In this document: one piece after another, positions 12,551-25,300 of the stretch
Layout of the letters: the number at the start of each line of letters is the position of its first letter
Position numbering within the stretch: position 1 is the first letter of the stretch
Source of the DNA: Bilabrum cf. latius
Taxonomy: Eukaryota
Direction of reading: 5' to 3'
DNA length: 64,000 nucleotides
Assembly (NCBI GenBank): GCA_965178125.1
Contig: OZ237736.1
Span: 806,001 to 870,000 of the forward strand
Position numbers and translations under genes: made by a program
Notes under the pieces: model-generated
What the model was told of the DNA's origin: nothing
Database searches by the model: none
What the model saw: only the letters and a program-made list of their open reading frames with translations

Positions 12551-14722
12551 TTACGAGTTCAACTATCTGGCCACGTGATCCAATTCCTCTGCGATTCGAT
12601 TTTCTTGCTTTTCTAAGAATGACAGCGGCTGCATCACTGCAGCACGAACATCATTTATGCCTCGCACAGCGATTCGATGCCTTTGGGCACCGGTTTCGTC
12701 GTAGACAAACTGCTCCCATGCATGTTTTCTCCTCCTGTCGATGGCGCTGTCCTTAATATTTAAACGAAGCTCAGCCGTGTCTCCCACTGCTGCCAGAAGC
12801 GATTCTGGCACTCGGACATGCGACGAATACTGCCCCTCCCGTGCCTTGTATGCTACTCGGCAGATCATGTCTATCGCTGATGCTTTTGCTGATGTTGCTG
12901 CTTCCCAATTTGCCTTACTTCCAGGGGCGTCACGCTCGAGAATCAGGCACAGCGAATGGAAGTGCAACTGCAAACACGCTGTCGAACGGCGGGCGGAAAG
13001 GTCGTCTATTGCCACAATGAGCGCCTTTATCAGCCCAGCCTTCTTTCCTATTGCTATCATTAAATCTTCCATGAAAGCCTCGCTACTCCTGGGTCGTACT
13101 GCAGGCTGTACCATGCGGGGCAGCTTTGGGTCACAGACACCTAGTGCGCGGTCAAATGCTTCATCGCGGATGCACTATCCCGAGCATGCTCTCCCACAAC
13201 GTTTGTTTTGCCCTCGGCATCCCAGAGCGCATGGGAATCGCATGCCCCTGCAAGCCAGCAGAACACTTACGACACACGATGCGACAGTGCCAGACGAAGG
13301 CATCTGACGGAGAAGTGCAACAAGCGGCGCCAAACAGTGAGGCCCTTTTCCGTTGCCGCGCAAGGCATCCACACCTAGTGCGGGCAGCTGCGGGGACAGG
13401 CGAGCGAGCAGCCTGCAGGCCTCCAGCGACACCTGAGGACGGTCTGCGAACTTTTCCATGCATCGCAAGCACGCCAAAATAGATGTTCGAACGGCTTCAT
13501 TGAGCTCTGTCTGCCTAGTTTGAGGAACTGCTCGCTTTGTGCCCGCCGGCAGCTCACTGTGCCCACCCACTGACACTTGCTCGGCGTGCCCTGCCGCTCT
13601 GGGATCGCTTGCGCCGTCAGTTGCAACCGCTCCGAGTCTGCTTGCAGCGAGTGGGACTGGTGCAACATCACCATCAAAGTTTGGCTCTCTCATCCTTCTC
13701 TCGTGGGAAGATGCCTCCTCAGCTGCAACTGAGCTTGGTCTACCCCTCGCTGGCTCCGGGTTCTGGTTGCCGGTGATGGCTGCCGCACCATGTTCGTCAG
13801 TCGTCAGCGCTAGACAGCACGCAGCCGCACACACGGTGCCCCTGAACCTTTGGCCGAGCGCGGTGGCTCGATCATGGGCAGGCTCGCAGTGTGCCGCTGG
13901 CTCGCTCACGGACAGGCTCTCGGCCAGCGCCCCCGCCGTCCAATCCAGTGCATGGCTGTCGTGGTGCCATTCGGGGACACCATCGAGAGCTGCGGATGCT
14001 TGTCGCAATGTCTCTATTCCGTGGGCATCCCTCGCGGCGAGCACTTGCTCCGCGGCGCGGTACACCCGAACGAGCACGGATTGCTGCCTCGCCTCTGCCG
14101 ACGACCCGGTGTCGGTACCTCCCGCAGCAGCCGACTGCGGGCGAGCAAAATTTGCGTGGAGCAACTATACAACATTGCGATCGTGCATCATACTTGCAGC
14201 AATCGTATTTTGTCCGAGTATTTGCACGAACTACACGCACAATCGTGCCAGAATCGGATCAGCAATGATGTCCCGGCTGCTGAGGAGGCGAGCGATCGCA
14301 TCTACTGCGCCGCAGTCGCGCAGCGTGTCTATATTTCGGTGATCGTATGCAACTGTGATGGCATGGTGCAACGCCTCTTCGATTGAATCCAGATCTGTTG
14401 CCTTGCCAGCTGCGGCTGCTTCCAAACCGAGCAACTGCTGAAGCCCGGCCGCTGCGGCCATGGCGCAGTTCTCTCGCCCATGCCACCACAGGCTGACTGG
14501 TACGACAACAAAAACAATCAAAAGTTCCCACAGAGTTGTCAGTCCCGGAAGCTCGACTGGAAGGTCCGGTGAGACGGGCCCCCCAAGCGAAAGCTGGTGT
14601 TGTAGCCGTTGCTTGTCCTTGCGAGACCATCCAATGCGAACTATCGGCTGCCATTCTTCGTCAATGCCGTCTATTGATTGGCTAATATCGTGGTGATACG
14701 CGTTTATGGCACCAGATTCCAT
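12551..14722 (-). CDS. Hypothetical alpha-helical (armadillo-like) protein; start and 3' end uncertain
   Basis: ORFs 14231-14830, 13175-14164 and 12563-13114 are in one frame separated only by TAG; the first true stop is TAA 12551-12553. ARM-like segments LRDCGAVDAIARLL and VSLEACRLLARL. Confidence 0.55.
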
Positions 14723-14915
14723 GCCATGCGCTGCGCAGGACCTGCGAGACCGGAGCGCTTTTGGGCCATCCGGCCCAAAGTTCGTGGGGAACCGAAACCG
14801 AACCTCCCATCCTGCGTTTTCAGAACGCAATAAAATCGGTATCGCAGGCAGTGTTTGCCCGCTGTATCAAGCATATATGGTCTGAGTTCATATATCGATT
14901 ACGATCGTTCTGAGC

Positions 14916-17120
14916 ATGACATTCACTGCGTCTACAAGGGCAGCTTCTGTGATGGCGTTTCTTATGGCGGCGACACAGAGCCACGCATTCGATTCCGGTG
15001 CTGGTTTTACAGACATGCTGCAGTCGAAACCGCACGAAATCGTACATGCAGTACCAGTGGAAGGTCTGTCGGGGCATTCTATGCCTGAATGGATGGAGGG
15101 CTTGTACGTACGCAATGTCCCCTCGCTTCACGGACTTGGCGGTCGCAATTTCACGCACATGTTTGATGCATTCTCCAAGCTACATGCATGGACCATTGCA
15201 AACGGTAGTATCTCTATGTCTGCCCGGTTTACTCCGAGTGTCGAATGGAACAAGACGCAAGCGCTGGGGTCCCCGGTCCCGGTTCGCTTGCTGGGCGGCA
15301 TCGATCCTGCATGGAATCAGTCCGAATGGATGGACTCCCTGATTGCGTTCCCAGACAATGCCGGTATAAATGTTTGGAGATTTGGCTCAGAGGCTCAGCC
15401 CCAGTTGGCCTCTACAACCGACGAGATGGTGTTCTAGGGCTTCTCCGATTCACCGGACGCCAACTACCTCGGCCCGCTGCAGTTTAGCGCGCCGAAGGCC
15501 GATCCAGTCGGAAACAAAGGCAAAGAAAAACAAGAAATTGATTTGCTGTCGTGCGATTCGCAGCAGCAGCGAGCCCAGGTGCTGCGGGGCATCGCTTGTG
15601 CGGCCGTCTCAAGCGATGGGACACAGGCTGCACCAGGATGCTCGGGTGGCAATAGCATATACAGGTCCCACGCCGCCAAGCTGCAAGCAGAGCGCAGCAA
15701 CGGATCTGTAGGAGCCCCGCGAAAGTGGCTGGCTGGTGGCCTTGCGGGCCTACCCCTCACCGCGGTGCTGTCCACCTCCCATCCCCACCATGCAGTGCAC
15801 GACCACTCCATCACGTACAACGTGGCGGGCGTGGTAAACCCACTGGCGTTGGTCGACCCATAGGAGCACCATTCAGTCGTTCTGTACAAGGTCGCGGCAC
15901 CGAGCACCCCCAGTAGCACCGGGGGCAACAGGCGGGCAGAGCGCAGGGAGAGCAGCGGCAGTGGAGGTGCCAGCGGCAAGAAGCAGACGTCGGAGCAATC
16001 GAGCAGCGAGCTCGTGGCGATGCAGATCGCGAGCATCCCAACCAAGGGGCTGAAATACCTGCACTCCTTTGCGCTGACCGAGTCGTTCGCGGTGATCGTG
16101 CTGTGGCCGTGCCACATCGACGTGCTCGGGCTGGCGCTGGGACAGCCCGTGCTGCAGTCCATCATGTGGGACGGGGCACCAGCTCGCGGCACAGCCGAGG
16201 GGCCGTAGGACGAGTACGACACGCAGACGAGGGTATTCGCCGTGCGTCTCAGCGACGGGGAGATCGTCGCGAACGTGACAACAGACCCATTCTTCGCCTA
16301 CCACCACGTGAATGCGTTCGAGTCCAGCGATCCCGCGACGGGAGAGGTCGTGCTGACCGTGGACACGACCGCTTTCAACGACACGGGCACCATGAAGTTC
16401 TGGGAGATGGCAAACATCAGGAACTCGACGTACAGGAATGCCTACCCGGACAACACTCGGATCCGCAGACTTTCCATCCGGCCCTCAGGAGGCTCTGTGA
16501 ACCGTAGCGCCACAGGAAAGGCATGCAGCTAGCAAACGAATGCCACGAGAGGAGCCGCACGGGAAGAGATGGGCTCGATCACGTACCAAGACATCGAGGC
16601 AATCGTCACACCAGGCACGAGCCGAGTTACTGTGGATGGCGCCCCTCCCGTCGTGGTGCAGCCTGGCAGCGAATTCGCTGGCATGCGGTTCTCAGGGCCC
16701 GAGCTGCCCCGCATCAACTACGGGGATCGCAACGGTCGCACGTACTGCTTCGTCTACGGCTACAGCGGGCACGCATTCGAGTCTGAGGTGTGGGAAGCTG
16801 CCGCCGTGGTGAAGGTAGACCTGTGCAGCCTCGAGCCTGCGCAGCCGGCGGCTGCCAGCCACCGCACCGACGGCGTGGTGAGGCTGGCGCCCGTAAGCGT
16901 GTGGGCGAGGCAAGACGTGTACCCATCGGAGCCCGTTTTCGTGCCTTCCCCCTCCCCTCGGTCAGAGGACGACGGGGTGCTCCTCTTCGACGCGTACGAC
17001 GGACGCAAGAAGCAGTCTTTCCTGTGGGTCATCAACGCGACCACCATGGAGGACGTGTCCGTGATGCAGTCTCCTGTCACGGTGGCATGGCCGCTGCACG
17101 CGCAGTTTTTCCCGAAGTGA
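14916..17120 (+). CDS. Carotenoid cleavage oxygenase / RPE65 family protein
   Basis: Motifs PEWMEGLYVRNVP and HMFDAFSKL. All four Fe-ligand His motifs (TSHPH, YLHSF, YHHVNAFE, PLHAQF), ELPRIN and SEPVFVP..EDDGVLL lie in one frame interrupted only by 4 TAGs (15435, 15861, 16206, 16530). Ends at TGA. Confidence 0.9.
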
Positions 17121-17255
17121 GAAGCCCATCGGAGGTGCATAGTGTTGCGACTGGTGCGCCTTGATGACATACAAAGAAAGGAGATTGTTATTGCTTGATT
17201 TGGCGTGGTTTTGCAATTCAAGTCACCCCAGAGTCCCCACAGCATCGCATGCACC

Positions 17256-19184
17256 TCATGAGATGATGCAGGGTGCCTGTTTCTGGGCCTGCGCCGCGCT
17301 CTCGAGATCCCTGACCCCACGCCGGGTGCGCACCGCGGCTGCCTCCGTATTATCCCTGACCGCATCGAACATGGGCTGCTGCTCGTCCACCAGGTCTGCC
17401 AGGTCCTGGAAGATCTCGTGGACCTCGAGCACGTCCTGGTGGATCGCCTCGATCTGCTCCGCCCTCTCCTCTGCCAGCACCGCGCTCAGCTCCACCTGGT
17501 CCAGCTTCTGCGCGAGGATGCTCCGCTGCTGCGGTGCTGGCGGGCCTGATTCCCCGCCAGCCTTGGTACCTTCTGCAGCCATGGCGGGCAGCGCCAGCCC
17601 GGAAGCGGCTGGTTCCTTCTTGAGGCGGTGCTGCCCGGAAGCAGCTGCCAGCGATCCTGCGGGGCCGCTGCCTGACGCACCCATGTCTGCAGAAGCTCCT
17701 GCGGTATGGCCTCGAATCCCGCCTCGCCTGCTGGCACTGCCTTCAATCAGGTCCATCGCATCTCCACCCTCAGCAGGCGCCTCTGCAAGCAGAGAGGTCA
17801 GTCGGCCGTACAGCCCCCTCCATGCCGTGCGCAGCTGCTGGCAGTCTGAAAGCAGCTTGTGCCACGTGGCGTCAGAAGCATGGTGCCCATCCGCTGTACT
17901 GATGCCGCTAGTCGGTACAGCCGCCCTGCCCTTGGCAACAGCAGCGTCACCCTTGGCGACGGCGGGGTCACCCTTGGCGACGGCGGGGTCACCCTTGGCG
18001 ACGGCGGGGTCACCTGCCCTGCCTCGACCCGAAGCGGCGCCCCAGCCAGAGCCAGCCCCAGCCCCAGCCCCACCCATCCGACTGAGGTCAAGGCCAGCCG
18101 CCCTACCAGTTCGCCTTTTCCCGCCCCTGGCCGATTCACGCACTGCTGCTGCTGCTGCTGCGACTGTTGTTCGGGACCTCGCCAGCGAGCCTGCCTGCCC
18201 AGCTCGGGCTCCTGCGCCTGTCCGCCTAGTAGCAGCATCTGACGCGGATATGCATCTCCTGTGCAGATTCTCGATGTTCTGCGTCATGAATGATGCCGCC
18301 TCAAGGACGGCGCCCCTGGACTACGGCGTGCTGCTTGGCGAGCTGCAGTCCTTCACTGCTGACTCGAAGTGAGGCACGGTGCGAGCGAGGGCTCGGATCT
18401 CAGCCGCGATCGTCGACGCAGTGTCCTTGCTCTTCGATGTTTCGGCATGATCTCGGATTCCGCTGGTATGCCCGCCCCTACCTATACCGCTGCCACTGCC
18501 CGTGCTACTTCTTCCCGGAGGTCCTGCCAATCTGTCGGCGCCTGCCGCACGGCGTCCACCTGATGCATCCTTCAGGACACCCCCACGGCCCGGTGGAACC
18601 CCCCTGTCTGATGTATCGCCTCGCAATGTTTTAGAAATTGGCCTGGAATACTTTCTCGAACGAACGGCGAGAACCCCTGTGCTTGCTGCGCTGTCGCTAG
18701 CTCGCCTTGCACTTGCAAGCGATCTGTGCCAATCCGTTTCTGCACCCCTTCCCTTCCATGACAGTCTGCGAGGGAAATAACCTGATTATTCTTCGGTTTG
18801 AATGCCATTTGAGGCCTCTGAAACGGCTGTGTGGCGGAATCTGTTGCACTCACGCATACCTCCACCCTTGTTCATCTGTTGTGGACCCAGAATCTATGAC
18901 AGGCGACCAGTGGCTCGTTGCGGAGTGGCCCCGCGGCGGTTCCAACGATACTGGGTTTATTTCAGACGTTGCATCCGCTTTTGTCCACCCTGGCGGAAGC
19001 ACAGCTGACAACCTGCAAAAAGTGGCGAACGGCAACTGCTGAGTTTCAAGTTATGCATCTGATCTAATGACCAGCAGGGCTCTACCGATGCATATTATCG
19101 TTGAATAATTCCACCTGTTGCTTACCTATCTGGAATTTCAGCTTGCCAACGGTTGTCACGGCCAAGCCACTGATTCTCAAGCAT
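17256..19184 (-). CDS. DysF (peroxin/ferlin/TECPR-type) domain + Qa-SNARE (syntaxin-like) protein ending in CaaX (CIIS); at least 2 introns, start uncertain
   Basis: DysF motifs ENQW..W, TDEQGWRYA and VRSRKYSR span GT-AG introns. SNARE helix IEAIHQDVLEVHEIFQDLADLVDEQQPMFD. TAG at 18321 is read through. Ends CIIS-TGA with no TM helix. Confidence 0.7.
17930..18015 (-). repeat. 21-bp coding tandem repeat (GDPAVAK x3-4) inside the syntaxin gene
   Basis: gtcacccttggcgacggcggg is repeated. Confidence 0.85.
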
Positions 19185-19360
19185 CTGCAAAAAGGATTGT
19201 GCAGGGATTACTGATCTATCATGAGCACTGATTGCAATGGAAATACCTGGCACTCTAATCATTCCAACTAACGAACTGCATACGTGTACAGTACCCTCAA
19301 GTATTTCCTCAAATGCGAGAATCGGGTTCGCGCACTGCCTGGAAAAGGTGTTCCGGTTTC

Positions 19361-19621
19361 TCAGACAGGCTGCACCCGTGGCTTCTTCGCTTCTGGAATG
19401 CCGGCAGAGGACTTTGCTGCCTCCTCGACTGACAAAAGTGCATCTTGCCCGACCCTCACTGGTGAATCTACGGATGATGCAGCTCTGCTGCCGCCCGCCA
19501 GCGGCAGATCGTCCCCAGCCCGAGGCCGCTTCGATCCCAGCAGGCCCGTGGACGCAGCATCCGACCCTGATGAGCTTGACTAGGCTGATGAGCTCGCGCC
19601 TGCTGGTCCTGTGCCCATGCC

Positions 19622-19658
<37 letters not shown>

Positions 19659-20449
19659 GTGCTGGTGCTGGAGGTAGTCGATGCAGCAGACGCAGTAGAG
19701 CCACCGGCCTGGATGGTCGGGGCCCTTGCCTCCATCGATCCTTCACTCGCAGACAGCTAGGCCGGCAGCACAACTCCAATCGGGTCTGCTGGTGGTGTCT
19801 GAGAGCGCTCGCTTGCCCCACCCCCGGCCTGCGACGAACCTTTCGCCTTTCGCGCGGCAGACCTGGCCGCCTTTCGCCTCTCCATGGCGGCGCGCATCCT
19901 CGGAATTTCATCGATGCGTGGATTGATCACGATGATGTCGTCAGCCGTGTACTCTTTCGAGCAAGACGGGCAGTGGTGGACGCGATGGCTGTCTCCTGAA
20001 AAACGAGACAGCCCCTCCTCAGAAAATGCATGCCCGCAGCCCCACAAAGCGATAAAACGCCTAGTCCCATCAGCCGGATGCAAAGTGATTGGACAACGAA
20101 ATAATGCCGTGACGCCCGCAGCGTAAAAAGACAGCGTGTCGGCAGAATCTGCAGAGCTGGACTACTCGGCAGGCTCTGCTTGCAGCTCCACGACGTCACG
20201 CTTAAACTTCCTCAGGTGCGAAAATGACGGATTCGATAGCTATTTCAAAAAAAATCGCATTGCGGCCTCCCGATTGATCAAATTGCCGAGCTAATCGATC
20301 ACGAGTGGCAGCGAGAGCTTTTCGCCCGATATGGCGCACGTCCCCCACTTGAGCTCCCGCTTCTCGTCTGCAGCCATGTCCCGCTTAACCTTCTTTCGCT
20401 TGACAACAATTTTCCTAGCGTTTGACACGGTCCCCCCATCGTTCCCCAT
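19361..20449 (-). CDS. RTF2: Replication termination factor 2 (Rtf2 RING-like)
   Basis: MGNDGGT start, WGTCAIS..PLVID*LGNLINRE, SHLRKFKRDVVEL, FRCPIT, FIALWGCGHAFSE, CPSC..DDIIVINP. About 5 in-frame TAGs; TGA 19361-19363. Confidence 0.9.
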
Positions 20450-20511
20450 GCTACGCAAAGTGCCTGCGACCAGCGAAGGCGACCGCAAGCCAGGCCCCCG
20501 CTGTTTGTAAC

Positions 20512-20668
20512 GTATTGTGACTGGATAATACCAACGAATTTCTGCCAAAATTTGCCAGTTTCTGCCAGTTCTTGCCAAAAGCTGCCAGAATTCTGGCAAG
20601 ACTTTTCTGGCCAGAAATAGTCAATGACAGCCAGTACAGCCAGAAATACTTGTGGTCAGACACACCAT
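20512..20668. repeat. Left array of degenerate TTTCTGCCAG decamers with terminal GTATTGTG(A/T)CTG motif; partly palindromic, MITE-like
   Basis: tttctgccaaaa tttgccag tttctgccag ... ctgccagaattctggcaag. Inverted relative to the array at 28280-28374. Confidence 0.65.
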
Positions 20669-22395
20669 ATATTGCACAGCGATGGACATGATTCACTTTA
20701 AATACTAAAATAAAAGACACTGCTGCGGGTACATGCCCTCAAGGGCGATACATGGGGCCAGTATTGACGAAAGCACAAATTCTCCCGCAGCACGTGAGCG
20801 CCCAGCTGCTGACACAGTGCTGAGTGCAAGTCTAACCAAAACAGCTTGAACTGCTTCACTTATTAGTACATACCATATTGCTGTATTCAAAGCGGTCAGG
20901 TCTGGGCAGATAGTCCGTTTGATGATGCTGGATGTATCGAGCTGCTGACAAGATGCCAGGTCTGACAAATTCTGCGAGCACTTCATCCTCATACTACAAG
21001 AGAATACTTTAATTACTAATAAACATCAATTGAGGACCGCATATGCCGCTGTTGTGGGATGGTCAGTATCTGGAGTGTGTGTTGCTGTTGAGCGGTTTGC
21101 TCTCCATACACTCCGCGCAAATCATATGAAGAAATGTACTGTCGCAAGCAGGTAAAGCTAGCACCTATCATACAGTGTATGTTGGCGTCGAGGTCTAGCA
21201 GTAGTCTTGCACCCAAGAAGGACATCTGCTTCAGTGTGCGTGTTTGCCCAATCCAAGGTGATTGCGGAAGCCTCTCAAGCAAGGGAAATCAGTTCAGTGC
21301 CTACCGAGCGATGCGTAAGTAGACTTGATGCCATGGGGGTAGTTCTGGGAATCGGCAACATGGTGGAGCTCCGGGGTGGCCAGCTGATGTAGATTCAATC
21401 GCGATCATAGAAGTGGGCCGACGCGCTGGGTTGCCGTTTGGTGCATACTCGGAGGCGTCCTATTCCGCTCCATGCACCGTCTAGTCCTTTATCTTGTAGG
21501 TTCACGCGCGCAGCAAGGCACTAGTGCGGGTGGGCGTAGAGCGGATTTCAAGAGGATAGTTGACAACGACAGATATCCAGCCACCTGCGTTACAACCTGC
21601 AATCATGGATAGTCGATACTGAATCCCCATCCTGAGTCATGTAAATTGCCCGACACTAAGCCCTTCGGGTCTATAGATAACTGTAGTATCAATGGATTGC
21701 AGGAGGGCGACCTCTCGGAACGCAACGTTCAAAGATGGAGGCAGCCAATGATATCATGTTTACTCGGTCATTAGGATTGAAGCGACGGGGAGCAGAGATG
21801 AGCTGGAAGACGAGGCAGGCACAGGCGAGGATAGTGCGGTGTCAATAGGTAGAACACAATGGGAGGAATGGGGCCCCAGGCGCCAGGCACAAGGGATACG
21901 CGAGTGGTAGCGGGCTGCATGGTAAGCAGCGCACAGGTGGCCAACAGGCAGGTGGGTAGACGAGGCGCAGGGGAAGGTCGGCCAAGACCTGCACGTGCTG
22001 GCTGTGGTTTAAGCAACAAATCTGATCTCAAGCCTAGGTCTAAGTTCAACTCTAGGATGCGGCCCAGTGGCAGCGCATCAGAGCAGTTCAAGCGAGACGA
22101 GTAGGCTCGTCGTAGGCCTATCCATAGGATCGGATAGAAGAATCTCAGGTGGCGACGTCCAGCCTTGTACAATGCATGATAATACAGCGGAGGCGAATTG
22201 GAATCGAGAAACAAGTGGTGCTAGAGATTGTCTAAACGAGCGGCTTATATGCACAAAGCAATCAGGATCCGTCAGATCACAATAAACAAAACAAGTGATC
22301 AATACTATAACAATACACGAATAAGCAACTCAAGTGGCAAAATAAACAAGTAATGAAATATTACAAACCCAACATCAATCTAAATATATCGCAAG

Positions 22396-25300
22396 CCCTC
22401 CCTCCCCCCTCTCCACCTCACACCCGGTCGCCCACAGCACCAGCTCGCACTGCCCTCGAGGACATGACGCCGATACTGCACACGGCTCCCTCCCCCCTCT
22501 CCACCTCACACCCGGTCGCCCACAGCACCAGCTCGCACTGCCCTGGAGGACATGACGCCGATACTGTACACGGCTCCCTCCCCCCTCTCCACCTCACACC
22601 CGGTCGCCCACAGCACCAGCTCGCACTGCCCTCGAGGACATGACGCCGATACTGCACACGGCTCCCTCCCCCCCCTCCACCTCACACCCGGTCGCCCACA
22701 GCACCAGCTCGCACTGCCCTGGAGGACATGACGCCGATACTGCACACGGCTCTCGTCCCCCTCTCCACCTCACACCCGGTCGCCCACAGCACCAGCTCGC
22801 ACTGCCCTGGAGGACATGACGCCGATACTGCACACGGCTCCCTCCCCCCTCCCCACCTCACACCTGGTCGCCCACAGCACCAGCTCGCACTGCCCTCGAG
22901 GACATGACGCCGATACTGCACATGGCTCCCTCCCCCCTCTCCACCTCACACCCGGTCGCCCACAGCACCAGCTCGCACTGCCCTGGAGGACATGACGCCG
23001 ATACTGCACACGGCTCTCGTCCCCCTCTCCACCTCACACCCGGTCGCCCACAGCACCAGCTCGCACTGCCCTCGAGGACATGACGCCGATACTGCACACG
23101 GCTCCCTCCCCCTTTGCACCTCACACCCGGTCGCCCACAGCACCAGCTCGCACTGCCCTCGAGGACATGACGCCGATACTGCACACGGCTCCCTCCCCCC
23201 TCTCCACCTCACACCCGGTCGCCCACAGCACCAGCTCGCACTGCCCTGGAGGACATGACGCCGATACTGCACACGGCTCCCTCCCCCCTCTCCACCTCAC
23301 ACCCGGTCGCCCACAGCACCAGCTCGCACTGCCCTGGAGGACATGACGCCGATACTGCACACGGCTCTCGTCCCCCTCTCCACCTCACACCCGGTTGCCC
23401 ACAGCACCAGCTCGCACTGCCCTCGAGGACATGACGCCGATACTGCACACGGCTCCCTCCCCCCTCTCCACCTCACACCCGGTCGCCCACAGCACCAGCT
23501 CGCACTGCCCTGGAGGACATGACGCCGATACTGCACACGGCTCTCGTCCCCCTCTCCACCTCACACCCGGTCGCCCACAGCACCAGCTCGCACTGCCCTC
23601 GAGGACATGACGCCGATACTGCACACGGCTCCCTCCCCCCTCTCCACCTCACACCCGGTCGCCCACAGCACCAGCTCGCACTGCCCTCGAGGACATGACG
23701 CCGATACTGCACACGGCTCCCTCCCCCTTTGCACCTCGCAATCGGTCGCCCACAGCACCAGCTCGCACTGCCCTCGAGGACATGACGCCGATACTGCACA
23801 CGGCTCTCGTCCCCCTCTCCACCTCACACCCGGTCGCCCACAGCACCAGCTCGCACTGCCCTCGAGGACATGACGCCGATACTGCACACGACTCCCTCCC
23901 CCCTCTCCACCTCACACCCGGTCGCCCACAGCACCAGCTCGCACTGCCCTCGAGGACATGACGCCGATACTGCACACGGCTCCCTCCCCCCTCTCCACCT
24001 CACACCCGGTTGCCCACAGCACCAGCTCGCACTGCCCTCGAGGACATGACGCCGATACTGCACACGGCTCCCTCCCCCCTCTCCACCTCACACCCGGTCG
24101 CCCACAGCACCAGCTCGCACTGCCCTCGAGGACATGACGCCGATACTGCACACGGCTCCCTCCCCCCTCTCCACCTCACACCCGGTCGCCCACAGCACCA
24201 GCTCGCACTGCCCTCGAGGACATGACGCCGATACTGCACACGGCTCTCGTCCCCCTCTCCACCTCACACCCGGTCGCCCACAGCACCAGCTCGCACTGCC
24301 CTGGAGGACATGACGCCGATACTGCACACGGCTCTCGTCCCCCTCTCCACCTCACACCCGGTCGCCCACAGCACCAGCTCGCACTGCCCTCGAGGACATG
24401 ACGCCGATACTGCACACGGCTCCCTCCCCCCTCTCCACCTCACACCCGGTCGCCCACAGCACCAGCTCGCACTGCCCTCGAGGACATGACGCCGATACTG
24501 TACACGGCTCCCTCCCCCCTCTCCACCTCACACCCGGTCGCCCACAGCACCAGCTCGCACTGCCCTGGAGGACATGACGCCGATACTGCACACGGCTCTC
24601 GTCCCCCTCTCCACCTCACACCCGGTCGCCCACAGCACCAGCTCGCACTGCCCTCGAGGACATGACGCCGATACTGCACACGGCTCCCTCCCCCCTCCCC
24701 ACCTCACACCTGGTCGCCCACAGCACCAGCTCGCACTGCCCTGGAGGACATGACGCCGATACTGTACACGGCTCCCTCCCCCCTCTCCACCTCACACCCG
24801 GTCGCCCACAGCACCAGCTCGCACTGCCCTCGAGGACATGACGCCGATACTGCACACGGCTCCCTCCCCCCTCTCCACCTCACACCCGGTCGCCCACAGC
24901 ACCAGCTCGCACTGCCCTGGAGGACATGACGCCGATACTGCACACGGCTCTCGTCCCCCTCTCCACCTCACACCCGGTCGCCCACAGCACCAGCTCGCAC
25001 TGCCCTGGAGGACATGACGCCGATACTGCACACGGCTCCCTCCCCCCTCCCCACCTCACACCTGGTCGCCCACAGCACCAGCTCGCACTGCCCTCGAGGA
25101 CATGACGCCGATACTGCACATGGCTCCCTCCCCCCTCTCCACCTCACACCCGGTCGCCCACAGCACCAGCTCGCACTGCCCTGGAGGACATGACGCCGAT
25201 ACTGCACACGGCTCTCGTCCCCCTCTCCACCTCACACCCGGTCGCCCACAGCACCAGCTCGCACTGCCCTCGAGGACATGACGCCGATACTGCACACGGC

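Noticed and set aside
19622-19672. (CTG)n/(CTGGTG)n microsatellite as a separate element
   Set aside because: It encodes a Ser/Thr run in the RTF2 tail on the minus strand.
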